Below, in pieces: positions 19,410 through 28,339 of a DNA stretch of 53,006 nucleotides. The translations under genes and the position numbers were made by a program. Every line of letters starts with the position of its first letter. Positions within the stretch are counted from its first letter, which is position 1. The stretch is from assembly GCA_937912175.1 (NCBI GenBank), contig CALDOU010000034.1:1-53006 (forward strand), given 5' to 3'. This DNA comes from an uncultured Clostridia bacterium (GTDB lineage: Bacteria > Bacillota > Clostridia > Oscillospirales > Acutalibacteraceae). The notes beneath the pieces are model-generated. The model was not told the origin of the DNA. It ran no database searches and saw nothing but the letters and a program-made list of their open reading frames with translations.

Positions 19410-19709
19410 ATGGTCGAATGGTTTAATTCAGTTATTGCATGGTTTGCCGCTTCTCCTTGGAATATTTTATCTGTAGTGATGTCAGGTATAGCGTTTTTGG
19501 GGACCGTAATGAATGCCGAAAGAAATAAAATCGGTTTTATTTTTTGGCTTATTTCTAATTTGTATATGAGCATAAGGTTTTATATGATTGGGGAATATGC
19601 TCAATGTGTGTTGTTTTTTGCTTATTTTGTATTGGCAATACGTGGAATATTTGCCTGGACAAAAAAAGAAAAAGAAGAAGTTTCAAAAACAGTTTCTCAA
19701 GAAATTTAA
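19410..19709 (+). CDS. Small 3-TM membrane protein resembling a single PnuC-family repeat
   Basis: Three predicted TM helices. Its pattern (see the 19410-20258 finding) resembles TM1-3 of PnuC/NMN-transporter proteins as I recall them. The stop is 12 nt before queH. Confidence 0.55.
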   Translation: MVEWFNSVIAWFAASPWNILSVVMSGIAFLGTVMNAERNKIGFIFWLISNLYMSIRFYMIGEYAQCVLFFAYFVLAIRGIFAWTKKEKEEVSKTVSQEI

Positions 19710-19721
19710 GGAAAATATTTT

Positions 19722-20258
19722 ATGGAAATACTTTTACATACCTGTTGTGCTCCGTGTTCGGTTAAATGCATTGACGAATTGGAAAAAGAGAATATAACTC
19801 CTGTATTGTTTTGGTATAACCCAAATATTCACCCTTATATGGAGTATAAGTCACGAAGAGAAACTTTAGCTGGATATGCAAAAACAAAAAATTTGGATAT
19901 TGTTTTAAAAGACGAGTACGGGCTGCAAAGCTTTATAAGAGGGATTTATCCCGATTTTAATAATCGGTGTGAATATTGTTACAGAATTCGCCTTGAAGAA
20001 ACCGCAAAATATGCTGCCGAAAATGGATACAGAGCGTTTTCAACTACATTACTTATCAGCCCCTACCAAAAGCATGATTTGATAATAGAAGTTTCAAAAG
20101 AAATGAGCAAGAAATACAAAGTGGAGTTTTTGTATCGAGATTTCAGACCGTATTTTAGAGAAGGTCAAAAAATGGCTCGTGAAATGAATATGTATATGCA
20201 AAAGTATTGCGGATGTATTTTTAGTGAAGAAGAAAGATATTTAAACCGTAACAGATAA
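19722..20258 (+). CDS. queH: Epoxyqueuosine reductase QueH (DUF208)
   Basis: LLHTCCAPCS N-terminal motif, CYRIRLEETA, C-terminal YCGCIFSE. Confidence 0.9.
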   Translation: MEILLHTCCAPCSVKCIDELEKENITPVLFWYNPNIHPYMEYKSRRETLAGYAKTKNLDIVLKDEYGLQSFIRGIYPDFNNRCEYCYRIRLEETAKYAAENGYRAFSTTLLISPYQKHDLIIEVSKEMSKKYKVEFLYRDFRPYFREGQKMAREMNMYMQKYCGCIFSEEERYLNRNR

Positions 20259-20721
20259 TATATGATTTTATTTTGAAAAATTAGTGAGAGTGATTTGTAG
20301 TTGGTAGGGGAATATTCGAGATATAAAAAATCCAATAGAAATATTGGTTTTTTTATTTTACTTTTAAATAGTATATCAACATATAGCGGCGTTATTGTTA
20401 AGAAATATACTTTTGAATAATTTTTGATTACGAGGCACCATAATTCTAAATATTAAAGTGAGTAGTGTGAAAATTTTTAATTATTTATTTAATTATACTT
20501 GTTTTTTTGTGCTTTTGTGTTAGAATAAATATGAAATTAACAAAGCAGATGTGGTTAAAGTTTAAAAGTTAGGTCAATAATATTTTGGTGTTCTTGTTAA
20601 ACGGTCCAGTTAATTTTCATCAAACTTTATTAAATGTGTTTTTTGAGAATAAGGTATGTTGGTTATATAGATTAACTTTTCAATATAAATAATTTAAATG
20701 TAAAGGAAAGAAGGTAAAATA

Positions 20722-21522
20722 ATGAAATTGAAAAAAATAACAGCAGCATTATTAATTTTTGCAATGATGTTTTGTTTAATGCCTATAGGTTTTTTTGCGA
20801 CTGAGACCACTGAATTACCCGAAGATAAAAGCGGCGGAGATGCCGTGGTTGCCTGTACTCATGCAAATAAATTCAAAGTTGATTTTTCTCCTTCAACCTG
20901 CACAAAAGAAGGATGTCGACTACATTATGAGTGTTCTGATTGCGGACAATTATTTGAAGAGGATGGGGTTACCGAAACTACCATAAAGAATTTAACAATG
21001 TCGCCTTTGTATCATTTAGTTTTAGAATCTGTAATAGAAAATGTGATTTTACCGACATGTACAAAGAATGGAAGTCATGATGAGGTTAAATATTGTTCCA
21101 GATGTTCCGAAAAACTATCTATAGAAACTGTAATGGATGCAGAAGCAATGGGTCATACTCCGGGAGAAGCCTTAATAGAAAATGTGATTTTACCGACATG
21201 TACAAAGAATGGAAGTCACGATGAAGTTGTATATTGTCAAGTATGTCATGAAGAATTGTCCAGAATAAAAAAGATAGATAAAGCAATGGCTCGTAAAGAA
21301 AAAGTACCTGCAATAGAAAATACAGTTTATTCAGTACATACAGATGATGAAAAAGATGAAGAAAATCTAATTTTGCCGGCATATAATTCAAAGTTTTTCA
21401 ATGTTCTTAAAACAGGTGATGAAAGCAATTTGGAATTATGGCAGTTTATATTTGCGGTTTCAGGAATTTTGTTTGTTGTAGCATTGGGTTATAAAATAAA
21501 AAGATTAAGGAAAAGTTGTTAG
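20722..21522 (+). CDS. Secreted Cys-rich repeat surface protein with C-terminal LPXTG-like (VLKTGD) sorting signal
   Basis: N-terminal signal peptide (KKITAALLIFAMMFCLMPIGFFA). At least three C-x-K-x-G...C..C modules. The C-terminus is VLKTGDESN, a hydrophobic helix, then KIKRLRKSC. Confidence 0.75.
   Translation: MKLKKITAALLIFAMMFCLMPIGFFATETTELPEDKSGGDAVVACTHANKFKVDFSPSTCTKEGCRLHYECSDCGQLFEEDGVTETTIKNLTMSPLYHLVLESVIENVILPTCTKNGSHDEVKYCSRCSEKLSIETVMDAEAMGHTPGEALIENVILPTCTKNGSHDEVVYCQVCHEELSRIKKIDKAMARKEKVPAIENTVYSVHTDDEKDEENLILPAYNSKFFNVLKTGDESNLELWQFIFAVSGILFVVALGYKIKRLRKSC
21033..21230 (+). repeat. Intragenic direct repeat (two 45-nt identical copies, period 141 nt)
   Basis: aatagaaaatgtgattttaccgacatgtacaaagaatggaagtca occurs at 21033-21077 and at 21174-21218. 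Both encode IENVILPTCTKNGSHDEV. Confidence 0.9.
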
Positions 21523-21596
21523 ACTTAATATTGGTTTATACTCTTAAATATGATGGGGCAAATTAATAAGATGGGTTTATATTTAATAAGAATTAG

Positions 21597-21629
21597 AAAA
21601 AAGCTTTTGAGTTTTTCAAAAGCTTTTTT
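21597..21629. terminator. Bidirectional rho-independent terminator between the surface protein gene (+) and ireB (-)
   Basis: aaaagcttttga gttt ttcaaaagctttt, flanked by A-runs and T-runs. Confidence 0.75.
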
Positions 21630-21679
21630 ACATAAAATAATTACTTGGTTTTATAGAATTTCAGAAATCAGTCTTTAAA

Positions 21680-21940
21680 TTAATTGCTAAGGTAAAATTT
21701 TATTAAAATTTTCAAAAGTTCATATCTATCAAGTTTTTGTATGATATTTCTTGCATTGTTGTGAGTTGTAATATATGTAGGATCACCGGAAATAATGTAG
21801 CCCGCTATTTGATTTATTGGGTTATATCCGTTCTCTAAAAGAGCGTCATATATTAAAGTAAGATTGTTTTTGATGTTTGGTTCGTTGTCACTTCCCAATG
21901 AAAACGTTAGGGTTTTATCATAGATATTATCATCGTACAT
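21680..21940 (-). CDS. ireB: IreB-family regulatory phosphoprotein (UPF0297)
   Basis: LIYDALLENGYNPINQIAGYIISGDPTYIT..NNARNIIQKLDRYELL matches the UPF0297/IreB core. ATG at 21940 follows GAGGTGA; the longer ORF-track start lacks an SD. Confidence 0.85.
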   Translation of the reverse strand: MYDDNIYDKTLTFSLGSDNEPNIKNNLTLIYDALLENGYNPINQIAGYIISGDPTYITTHNNARNIIQKLDRYELLKILIKFYLSN

Positions 21941-22018
21941 TTTTTTCACCTCATAATATTTTACGACCTTACACCTTAAATAATATAATAAATTTAAATT
22001 AAATTTCAAGACTAAAAT

Positions 22019-22456
22019 TTAAAGTAATTCTTTTAAAGCTTCTAAGGCCAGAAAATAACTGTTTTTTCCAAAACCTGTAATTTGTCCCACACATACTTCG
22101 GAAATTACGGAATTTCTTCTGAAATCTTCCCTTGCAAAAATATTTGTCATATTTGTTTCTATAAACGGCACTTTAACGAAAGAAATAGCGTCTCTGAGTG
22201 CATAACTGTAATGAGAAAGAGCACCCGCATTTATGATATATCCGTCATACTTTTCTTTTGATTGATGAATTTTATCTATTAATGCACCTTCCCAGTTTGA
22301 TTGAAAGACTTCACAATTCATTCCCAAACTTTCTGCTTTGGAAATTATTTGACTTTTAATGCTTTCGGCGGTTTCTTCGCCGTAAATTCCTTTTTCCCTT
22401 ATGCCGGTCATATTAAGATTTGGACCTAAAAGAATAATAACATTTTTGTTTCTCAC
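22019..22456 (-). CDS. aroQ: Type II 3-dehydroquinate dehydratase
   Basis: ILLGPNLNMTGIREKGIYG, INAGALSHYSYALRDA, ETNMTNIFAREDFR. GTG start. Confidence 0.93.
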   Translation of the reverse strand: MRNKNVIILLGPNLNMTGIREKGIYGEETAESIKSQIISKAESLGMNCEVFQSNWEGALIDKIHQSKEKYDGYIINAGALSHYSYALRDAISFVKVPFIETNMTNIFAREDFRRNSVISEVCVGQITGFGKNSYFLALEALKELL

Positions 22457-22505
22457 AAAATCACCCTTTTCCTTTATTTATGTTAAAAAATTAATATAAA
22501 AACAT

Positions 22506-23018
22506 TTATAAATTTATTTTTAAATCGGTTGATAATTTTATTTTTTTTCTTAAAGGCTTTTCACATTTTCGCTTAATCTTTAGTAATGTGGTTTTGCTTG
22601 GACTTACGGGTTCCACAAGAACAGAACGAATATTTAAAAAGTTTGCTCCTACTATATCCGTGAAAATTTGATCGCCTATTACTAAAACTTTTTCCGGAGG
22701 TACCGATAATGTTTTTATAGCTTTTTTAAAACCGTATGTCAATGGTTTAAGACTCATATATATATATTGAATGTTTAATATTTTGGCAAAATCCGAAACT
22801 CTTTTTTTGAAATTATTGGAAACTATGATTATTTTTATCCCGCCGTTTTTTAATGTTTCTATCCATTCGATGATTTCCTTATCCGGAGTAGGGTGCTTAT
22901 GCGGTACTAATGTATCATCTATATCCAGTATTATAGCTTCGAAATTATTTGATTTAAGAAAATTTATATCTATATCCAATACTTTTGCGGTAAAATATGT
23001 TGGTTTGAAAAGGGTCAT
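22506..23018 (-). CDS. yqeG: YqeG-family HAD-IIIA phosphatase
   Basis: ILDIDDTLVPH (DxD HAD motif I), VSNN, VIGDQIFTDI. ATG at 23018 follows AAGGAG; the longer ORF-track start is unsupported. Confidence 0.85.
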   Translation of the reverse strand: MTLFKPTYFTAKVLDIDINFLKSNNFEAIILDIDDTLVPHKHPTPDKEIIEWIETLKNGGIKIIIVSNNFKKRVSDFAKILNIQYIYMSLKPLTYGFKKAIKTLSVPPEKVLVIGDQIFTDIVGANFLNIRSVLVEPVSPSKTTLLKIKRKCEKPLRKKIKLSTDLKINL

Positions 23019-23132
23019 TTTGCGCTCCTTTGAATTGTTTGTGAATTTTTTAATAATTATTACTATATACAATGCCCCCTCACGCATTACACATGCCGAG
23101 GGGGTAAAATCCATATTAACGGGTTGCTCGAA

Positions 23133-23384
23133 TTACCATTTGTTAATTCCAAATTTGCCCATTTTCTTATGTTTGCGAGCTTCTTTGGATTTTTTCTTTC
23201 TTTTTACGGAGGGTTTATCGTATGCTTCTCTTTTTCTTACTTCGGAAATTATTCCGGAGCTTTGTCTTTTAAAGCGTCTTAGCGCAGCTTCCAAAGATTC
23301 AAACTTTTTGTTTGGTTTTTCTTCATTTTCCGCAGGCTTAACTTCTTCAGTATTAACATCTTGTGTTTTAATTTCCTCGGCCAC
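23133..23384 (-). CDS. rpsU: 30S ribosomal protein S21 with ~27-aa acidic N-terminal extension
   Basis: Core [44 protein letters not shown]. The GTG start at 23384 is 5 nt after AGGAGGGA. There is no internal start before the S21 core. Confidence 0.88.
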   Translation of the reverse strand: MAEEIKTQDVNTEEVKPAENEEKPNKKFESLEAALRRFKRQSSGIISEVRKREAYDKPSVKRKKKSKEARKHKKMGKFGINKW

Positions 23385-23664
23385 TTGCTTCCCTCCTATC
23401 TGTTTTTATTCATGACTTTATATAACTTAATGCCATGAAAAATATACATCCGATATTATACATTATTTTGTATTTTGTTGTCAAGATATACTGTTTTTAT
23501 TTTTAAAAATAATTTTAGACGCAGAATTTTAGTATGTTTATGTGATTTCACAATATTAGCTGGCTTTAAATATATAATAAATAAATCTATTTACATAATT
23601 TTTTGAAAACTTTATAATTAATTTACTTTATAAAAATATATAAATTAATTTTACGGAGAATTTC

Positions 23665-24675
23665 ATGAGTTTTGATAAAGTTTCGGTAGTAATACCTGTT
23701 TTAAATGAGGAAAAATATATAAATGAATGTTTAAATTCACTTTTAAGGCAAGATTATCCTCAAGAATTTTTGGAAATTATACTTGTTGACGGAAATTCTG
23801 AAGATAAAACTTTAGATGTTATTAATGAGTATAGGAAAAAATATGATTTTATAAAATTGTTGAATAACCCGAATAAAACAGTACAATACGCTTTAAATAT
23901 CGGAATTAATAATTCCACTGGAAAATATATAGTTCGTATGGATGCTCATGCTTGGTATGCGGAGGACTATATTTCAAAATGTATAGAATATTTAAAAATT
24001 ACAAAAGCAGCGAACGTAGGCGGAACCACTGTGGTAAAAGGGAAAAATGCTACTCAAAAAATAGTGGCCGCGGCGTATAATTCACCGTTTGCACTGGGCG
24101 GGAGTAAACATTATAAAGAAAATTATGAAGGTTTTGCCGATACGGTTGCTTGGGGCTCATTTGAAAGACAGTATTTAATTGATATCGGAATGTATGATGA
24201 ACGATTGCCCAGAAGTGAAGACGATGATTTGAATTTCAGAATTACGGAAAAAGGTGATAAAATTTTTGTTACCCCTAAAATAAGGAGTGTTTATTATCCG
24301 AAAGACAGTTTTTCAAAACTTTTCAAACAATATTTTGAATATGGAAAATGGAAAGTAGCTGTTATTAAAAAACACCACAAGCCTTCAAGAATAGCACATT
24401 TAATTCCTATGGCTTTTGTTGCATTTTTAGTGTTTTTGTTGTTGCTTTTTGCCGCTGATCTTTTTTTGCCGATTCCTAAATTTGTGTTGGGATTTTTTAT
24501 CGGAATTTTAGCTTTATATTTTTTACTTAATTTGTGCTTTTCTTGTATAAATAAATATGCGGTCGGTATAATAAATAAACTTAAATTGGTGTGGGCGCAT
24601 TTGGTTATTCATATTTCTTACGGTTTAGGTTTTTGGAGTGGCATATTTAAATTTTTAAGTACTGATTTTAATTAA
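23665..24675 (+). CDS. Family-2 glycosyltransferase with C-terminal TM helices (ExoA-like)
   Basis: VSVVIPVLNEE, ILVDGNSEDKT, DAHA, ED.DL motifs, and 2-3 C-terminal TM segments. Confidence 0.85.
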   Translation: MSFDKVSVVIPVLNEEKYINECLNSLLRQDYPQEFLEIILVDGNSEDKTLDVINEYRKKYDFIKLLNNPNKTVQYALNIGINNSTGKYIVRMDAHAWYAEDYISKCIEYLKITKAANVGGTTVVKGKNATQKIVAAAYNSPFALGGSKHYKENYEGFADTVAWGSFERQYLIDIGMYDERLPRSEDDDLNFRITEKGDKIFVTPKIRSVYYPKDSFSKLFKQYFEYGKWKVAVIKKHHKPSRIAHLIPMAFVAFLVFLLLLFAADLFLPIPKFVLGFFIGILALYFLLNLCFSCINKYAVGIINKLKLVWAHLVIHISYGLGFWSGIFKFLSTDFN

Positions 24676-24695
24676 TTTTAAGGTGGTCTTTAGTA

Positions 24696-25553
24696 TTGAA
24701 TTTTAAAGATGATAAAATTATAGAATTGAATAACGAACAGCTGCGGGAACTTCAACTCAAAAGTTTGGAAATATTACTTTATTTTAAAAAATTTTGTGAA
24801 GAGCATAATCTTTTATTTTATTTTTGCGGAGGTTGTTGCATCGGAGCATTGCGTCACAAAGGATTTATTCCGTGGGATGATGATATTGATGTGTTTATGC
24901 CAAGAGAAGACTATGAAAAATTACATAATCTATGGGATAAATATGCCGATACCCAAAAATATTCATGTAACAGGACAACTACAGATAAGTTTATCGGTAA
25001 TGTTATGACAACAATTGTAGATAACAATACAACTGTTGTGAGACCTTGGCAAAAAGGGAAAGACGGCACAAAAGGTGTGATGATTGATGTTCTTCCTTTG
25101 GATGGATGCGCTCCTTTGGGAGTGAAAAGAAAAATTCAAATGATGTGGAGTATGATTTTTACTCTTTATTGTTCACGAATGGTGCCGGTAAATCATGGAA
25201 GAATAATGTCTTTGATATGTAAAACATTATTGTTTTTAGTACCGGGAAACAAATTAAAAAATAAAATTTGGCAATTTGCGGAAAAACAAATGAGCAAGTA
25301 TCCCATTAAGGATTCCAAATATATTACAGAGCTTTGTGCAGGACCTCACTATATGAAAAATGAGTACCCTAAAGAAATATTTGCCAAGTTTGTTTACAAG
25401 GAGTTTGAAGGGTACCAAATGCCCGTTCCGGTAGGATATGACAAATATTTAAAGATAGCTTTTGGTGATTATATGAAACTTCCGCCAAAAGAAAAACAAG
25501 TTGCACACCATGATATAATATATATGGATTTATCAAAAGGGGAAAACCTATAA
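24696..25553 (+). CDS. licD: LicD-family phosphotransferase (phospho-alcohol transferase)
   Basis: LRHKGFIPWDDDIDVFMPREDY is the LicD nucleotidyltransferase-fold motif. TTG start after AAGGTGG. Confidence 0.85.
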   Translation: MNFKDDKIIELNNEQLRELQLKSLEILLYFKKFCEEHNLLFYFCGGCCIGALRHKGFIPWDDDIDVFMPREDYEKLHNLWDKYADTQKYSCNRTTTDKFIGNVMTTIVDNNTTVVRPWQKGKDGTKGVMIDVLPLDGCAPLGVKRKIQMMWSMIFTLYCSRMVPVNHGRIMSLICKTLLFLVPGNKLKNKIWQFAEKQMSKYPIKDSKYITELCAGPHYMKNEYPKEIFAKFVYKEFEGYQMPVPVGYDKYLKIAFGDYMKLPPKEKQVAHHDIIYMDLSKGENL

Positions 25554-25598
25554 TAAATTTAAAAATATTTTGGTTTTTAAATCAGGAGGATAAATAAA

Positions 25599-26309
25599 AT
25601 GATATTTGGAGCAATTGTTGCCGGCGGAGTGGGGAACAGGATGAATCTTTCGGGGCTACCCAAACAGTTTTTGCCACTTGGACCAAATAATAAGCCTATA
25701 ATAATTCATACTTTGGAAAAATTTCTTTTGTGTGAAAGATTAGATTATATCTATTTGGGGATTCATAAAGATTGGGTTGGGTATGCCGAAGATCTTCTTC
25801 AAAAATATAATATAAATCAAAGCAAAGTTTTTATAACTCCGGGTGGTGCCGACAGAAACTTAACGGTTCTTAATATTATTGATGCGATAGAAAAAAAACA
25901 TGGCAAAAGCGAAGAACATATTTTAGTAAGCCACGATGCCGTTCGCCCGTTTGTTACTCTTAAAATGATAAATGAAAATATAGATGCCGTTTTAGAATGC
26001 GGAGCCAGCGATACGGTTGTTTCTGCTATTGATACGATTATTGAATCGAAAGACGGAAAATTTATTTCCTGCGTTCCGGAAAGAAAGAACATGTATCAGG
26101 GACAAACGCCTCAAAGCTTCAAAATGTCGGAAATGAAAAAATTATATAATGATTTAACGGAAGAAGAAAAAAGTGTTCTTACGGATTGTTGTAAAATTTT
26201 TACTTTCAGAAACAAACCCGTAAAATTGGTGGAAGGCGATGCGTTTAATATTAAAATCACAACAGTGAGTGATTACAAAATAGCCTCGGCTATTCTTGGG
26301 GGAATTTAA
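25599..26309 (+). CDS. tarI: IspD-family cytidylyltransferase, most likely D-ribitol-5-phosphate cytidylyltransferase TarI
   Basis: AIVAGGVGNRM..LPKQFL P-loop, HDAVRPF, and YQGQTPQSF in the C-terminal part. It abuts a TarJ-like reductase with a 2-nt gap. Confidence 0.8.
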   Translation: MIFGAIVAGGVGNRMNLSGLPKQFLPLGPNNKPIIIHTLEKFLLCERLDYIYLGIHKDWVGYAEDLLQKYNINQSKVFITPGGADRNLTVLNIIDAIEKKHGKSEEHILVSHDAVRPFVTLKMINENIDAVLECGASDTVVSAIDTIIESKDGKFISCVPERKNMYQGQTPQSFKMSEMKKLYNDLTEEEKSVLTDCCKIFTFRNKPVKLVEGDAFNIKITTVSDYKIASAILGGI

Positions 26310-26311
26310 GA

Positions 26312-27328
26312 GTGATTAATTATATATATCAGCTAATAAGCCCCGGAGTTATTTCTGTAAAATATGAGGATGTAAATACCGAAAATAACGTTATTGTAAA
26401 ACCGCTTTGTATGGCCGTTTGCCATGCTGATCAACGTTATTACAGAGGAATGCGTGATATTAACAAATTAAAAACCAAGCTCCCCATGGCATTAATTCAT
26501 GAATGCGTGGGGGAGGTTTTGTATGACCCTACCCATACTTTTTCTTGTGGTCAAAAAGTAGTAATGATTCCTAACGTTAAGTCACCTAATGAAGATAAAG
26601 AGATATTTGAAAATTACCAAAAAGGTTCAGGGTTTTTGTCGAGCGGGAAAGATGGATTTATGCGTGAATTTGTTAATCTTTCTCCTGACAGGATTGTTTC
26701 AATTAAAAATGTACCGGACAAGTTTGCCGCTATATGTGAGTTTATAAGTGTTGGAGTTCATGCAGTAAGCAGGCTTAAACTTAACGCACATAATCATCGT
26801 GAATGTTTCGGAATATGGGGTGATGGAAGCCTTGCATATGTTGTGGCCTGTATTTTAAAACAAACATTTCCGAATTCCAAATTATGTGTAATCGGTAAAG
26901 ATGCTTATAAATTATCTCAATTTACTTTTGCGGATGAAGCGTATATCTCCGACGAACTCCCGAAAAATTTTAGTGTAGACCACGCTTTTGAGTGTGCGGG
27001 CGGAGAAGGTAGCTTTTATGCCATTGATGATATTATACGCTATATTAACCCTCAAGGGACTGTGATGTTGATGGGTGTTAGCGAAAATAAGATTGCCATA
27101 AATACCCGTGATGTTTTGGAAAAAGGGTTGACTTTAATAGGCTCCAGCCGTTCCGGAAGGATAGATTTTGAAAACGCTGTAAAACTTTTGGAAAATCCTG
27201 AATTTCAAAAACGGATAGTAAGAATTGTTTATGAAGATGATGCTGTAAATTCTGTGGCGGAAATACACAGAGTATTTAAAACAGACTTGAATACCCCTTT
27301 TAAAACTGTTTTTAAATGGAATTTATAA
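26312..27328 (+). CDS. tarJ: Zn-dependent medium-chain dehydrogenase, ribulose-5-phosphate reductase TarJ-like
   Basis: MDR Zn-ligand region CMAVCHADQRYY...HECVGEV and a Rossmann GIWGDGSLA. Paired with tarI. Confidence 0.75.
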   Translation: MINYIYQLISPGVISVKYEDVNTENNVIVKPLCMAVCHADQRYYRGMRDINKLKTKLPMALIHECVGEVLYDPTHTFSCGQKVVMIPNVKSPNEDKEIFENYQKGSGFLSSGKDGFMREFVNLSPDRIVSIKNVPDKFAAICEFISVGVHAVSRLKLNAHNHRECFGIWGDGSLAYVVACILKQTFPNSKLCVIGKDAYKLSQFTFADEAYISDELPKNFSVDHAFECAGGEGSFYAIDDIIRYINPQGTVMLMGVSENKIAINTRDVLEKGLTLIGSSRSGRIDFENAVKLLENPEFQKRIVRIVYEDDAVNSVAEIHRVFKTDLNTPFKTVFKWNL

Positions 27329-27343
27329 ATAGGGGAGATTGAA

Positions 27344-28318
27344 ATGCCTGAAATAAGTGTAGTTGTTCCCGTATATAATTGTGAAAAATATTTAAGAAAA
27401 TGTATAAATTCAATTTTGAGTCAAACTTTCTCTGATTTGGAATTGATACTTGTGAATGATGGCTCTACGGATAAAAGTCCTGAAATTTGTGATGAATTTA
27501 AATTAAATGATAAACGGGTAAAAGTAATTCATCAAGAAAATAAAGGCGTAAGCGGTGCAAGAAATGCCGGGCTTGATATAGCCAAAGGAAATTATGTGGG
27601 GTTTGTTGACAGTGATGATTACTTGTCAGATGATATGTATGAATTTTTATACAATAACTTAAAAAAAGCAAAAGCCGACGTATCGATTTGCGGAATAATA
27701 AATTGCTTTTTAAAAAATGACGGTAAAGAGGAAAGAAAAAAACAAACAAATTTTGAAGGAAGCGGTATTTTAACCGGAGAAGAAGCTTTGAGTGAGTCTT
27801 TAAAAAGCACTGTTTTTTCGGTTAATCCCGTAAATAAGTTATTCGATATTCATCTTTTTGATAATGAGCGGTTTCCCGAAAACAAAACTTCCGAAGATGC
27901 GTTTTTAATTCCCGTAATTCTTTCCAAAGCTAAAAAAGTTGTATATGACAGCAATATAAAATATTACTATGTTCGTCACGAAAACAGTATTACCACATCG
28001 GAGTTCAGTGTTAAAGATATGTTTGTTATAGAAGCATACTCCAATCACTTGGATTGGATAGTAAAAAAATATCCAAAATTAATTAAAGAGGCGGAATTTA
28101 GATACATTTGGTCTTATATTTATGTTTTGGACAAAATGATAATCAGCGAGAAGAAAGTTAAAAGCGAAGAATATAATAAGATTTTGAGCTTTGTTAAGAA
28201 AAATATTTTAAAAATAATTTTTAATCCTTATTTTTCTTTAAAAAGGAAAATTGCTGTGGCCATATTATTTTTAAATCAAAGTATTTATAAAAAAATGGTT
28301 TTAAAGTTATCAAAATAA
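27344..28318 (+). CDS. Family-2 glycosyltransferase
   Basis: ISVVVPVYNCEKYL, ILVNDGSTD, GVSGARNAGL, FVDSDD. Confidence 0.88.
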   Translation: MPEISVVVPVYNCEKYLRKCINSILSQTFSDLELILVNDGSTDKSPEICDEFKLNDKRVKVIHQENKGVSGARNAGLDIAKGNYVGFVDSDDYLSDDMYEFLYNNLKKAKADVSICGIINCFLKNDGKEERKKQTNFEGSGILTGEEALSESLKSTVFSVNPVNKLFDIHLFDNERFPENKTSEDAFLIPVILSKAKKVVYDSNIKYYYVRHENSITTSEFSVKDMFVIEAYSNHLDWIVKKYPKLIKEAEFRYIWSYIYVLDKMIISEKKVKSEEYNKILSFVKKNILKIIFNPYFSLKRKIAVAILFLNQSIYKKMVLKLSK

Positions 28319-28339
28319 GTAAAGTTGAGAGTTTAAAAT

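Noticed and set aside
22771-23415. 214-aa plus-strand ORF.
   Set aside because: It runs antisense across both yqeG and rpsU, which have strong motifs and SDs. The peptide is junk-like.
25599-26309. Calling the IspD-family gene as MEP-pathway ispD, given that ispE, ispF and dxs are in the same window.
   Set aside because: It abuts a TarJ-type reductase with a 2-nt gap inside a glycan locus with licD, so TarI (CDP-ribitol) is the more parsimonious call. The ambiguity remains and is noted in the glycopolymer finding.
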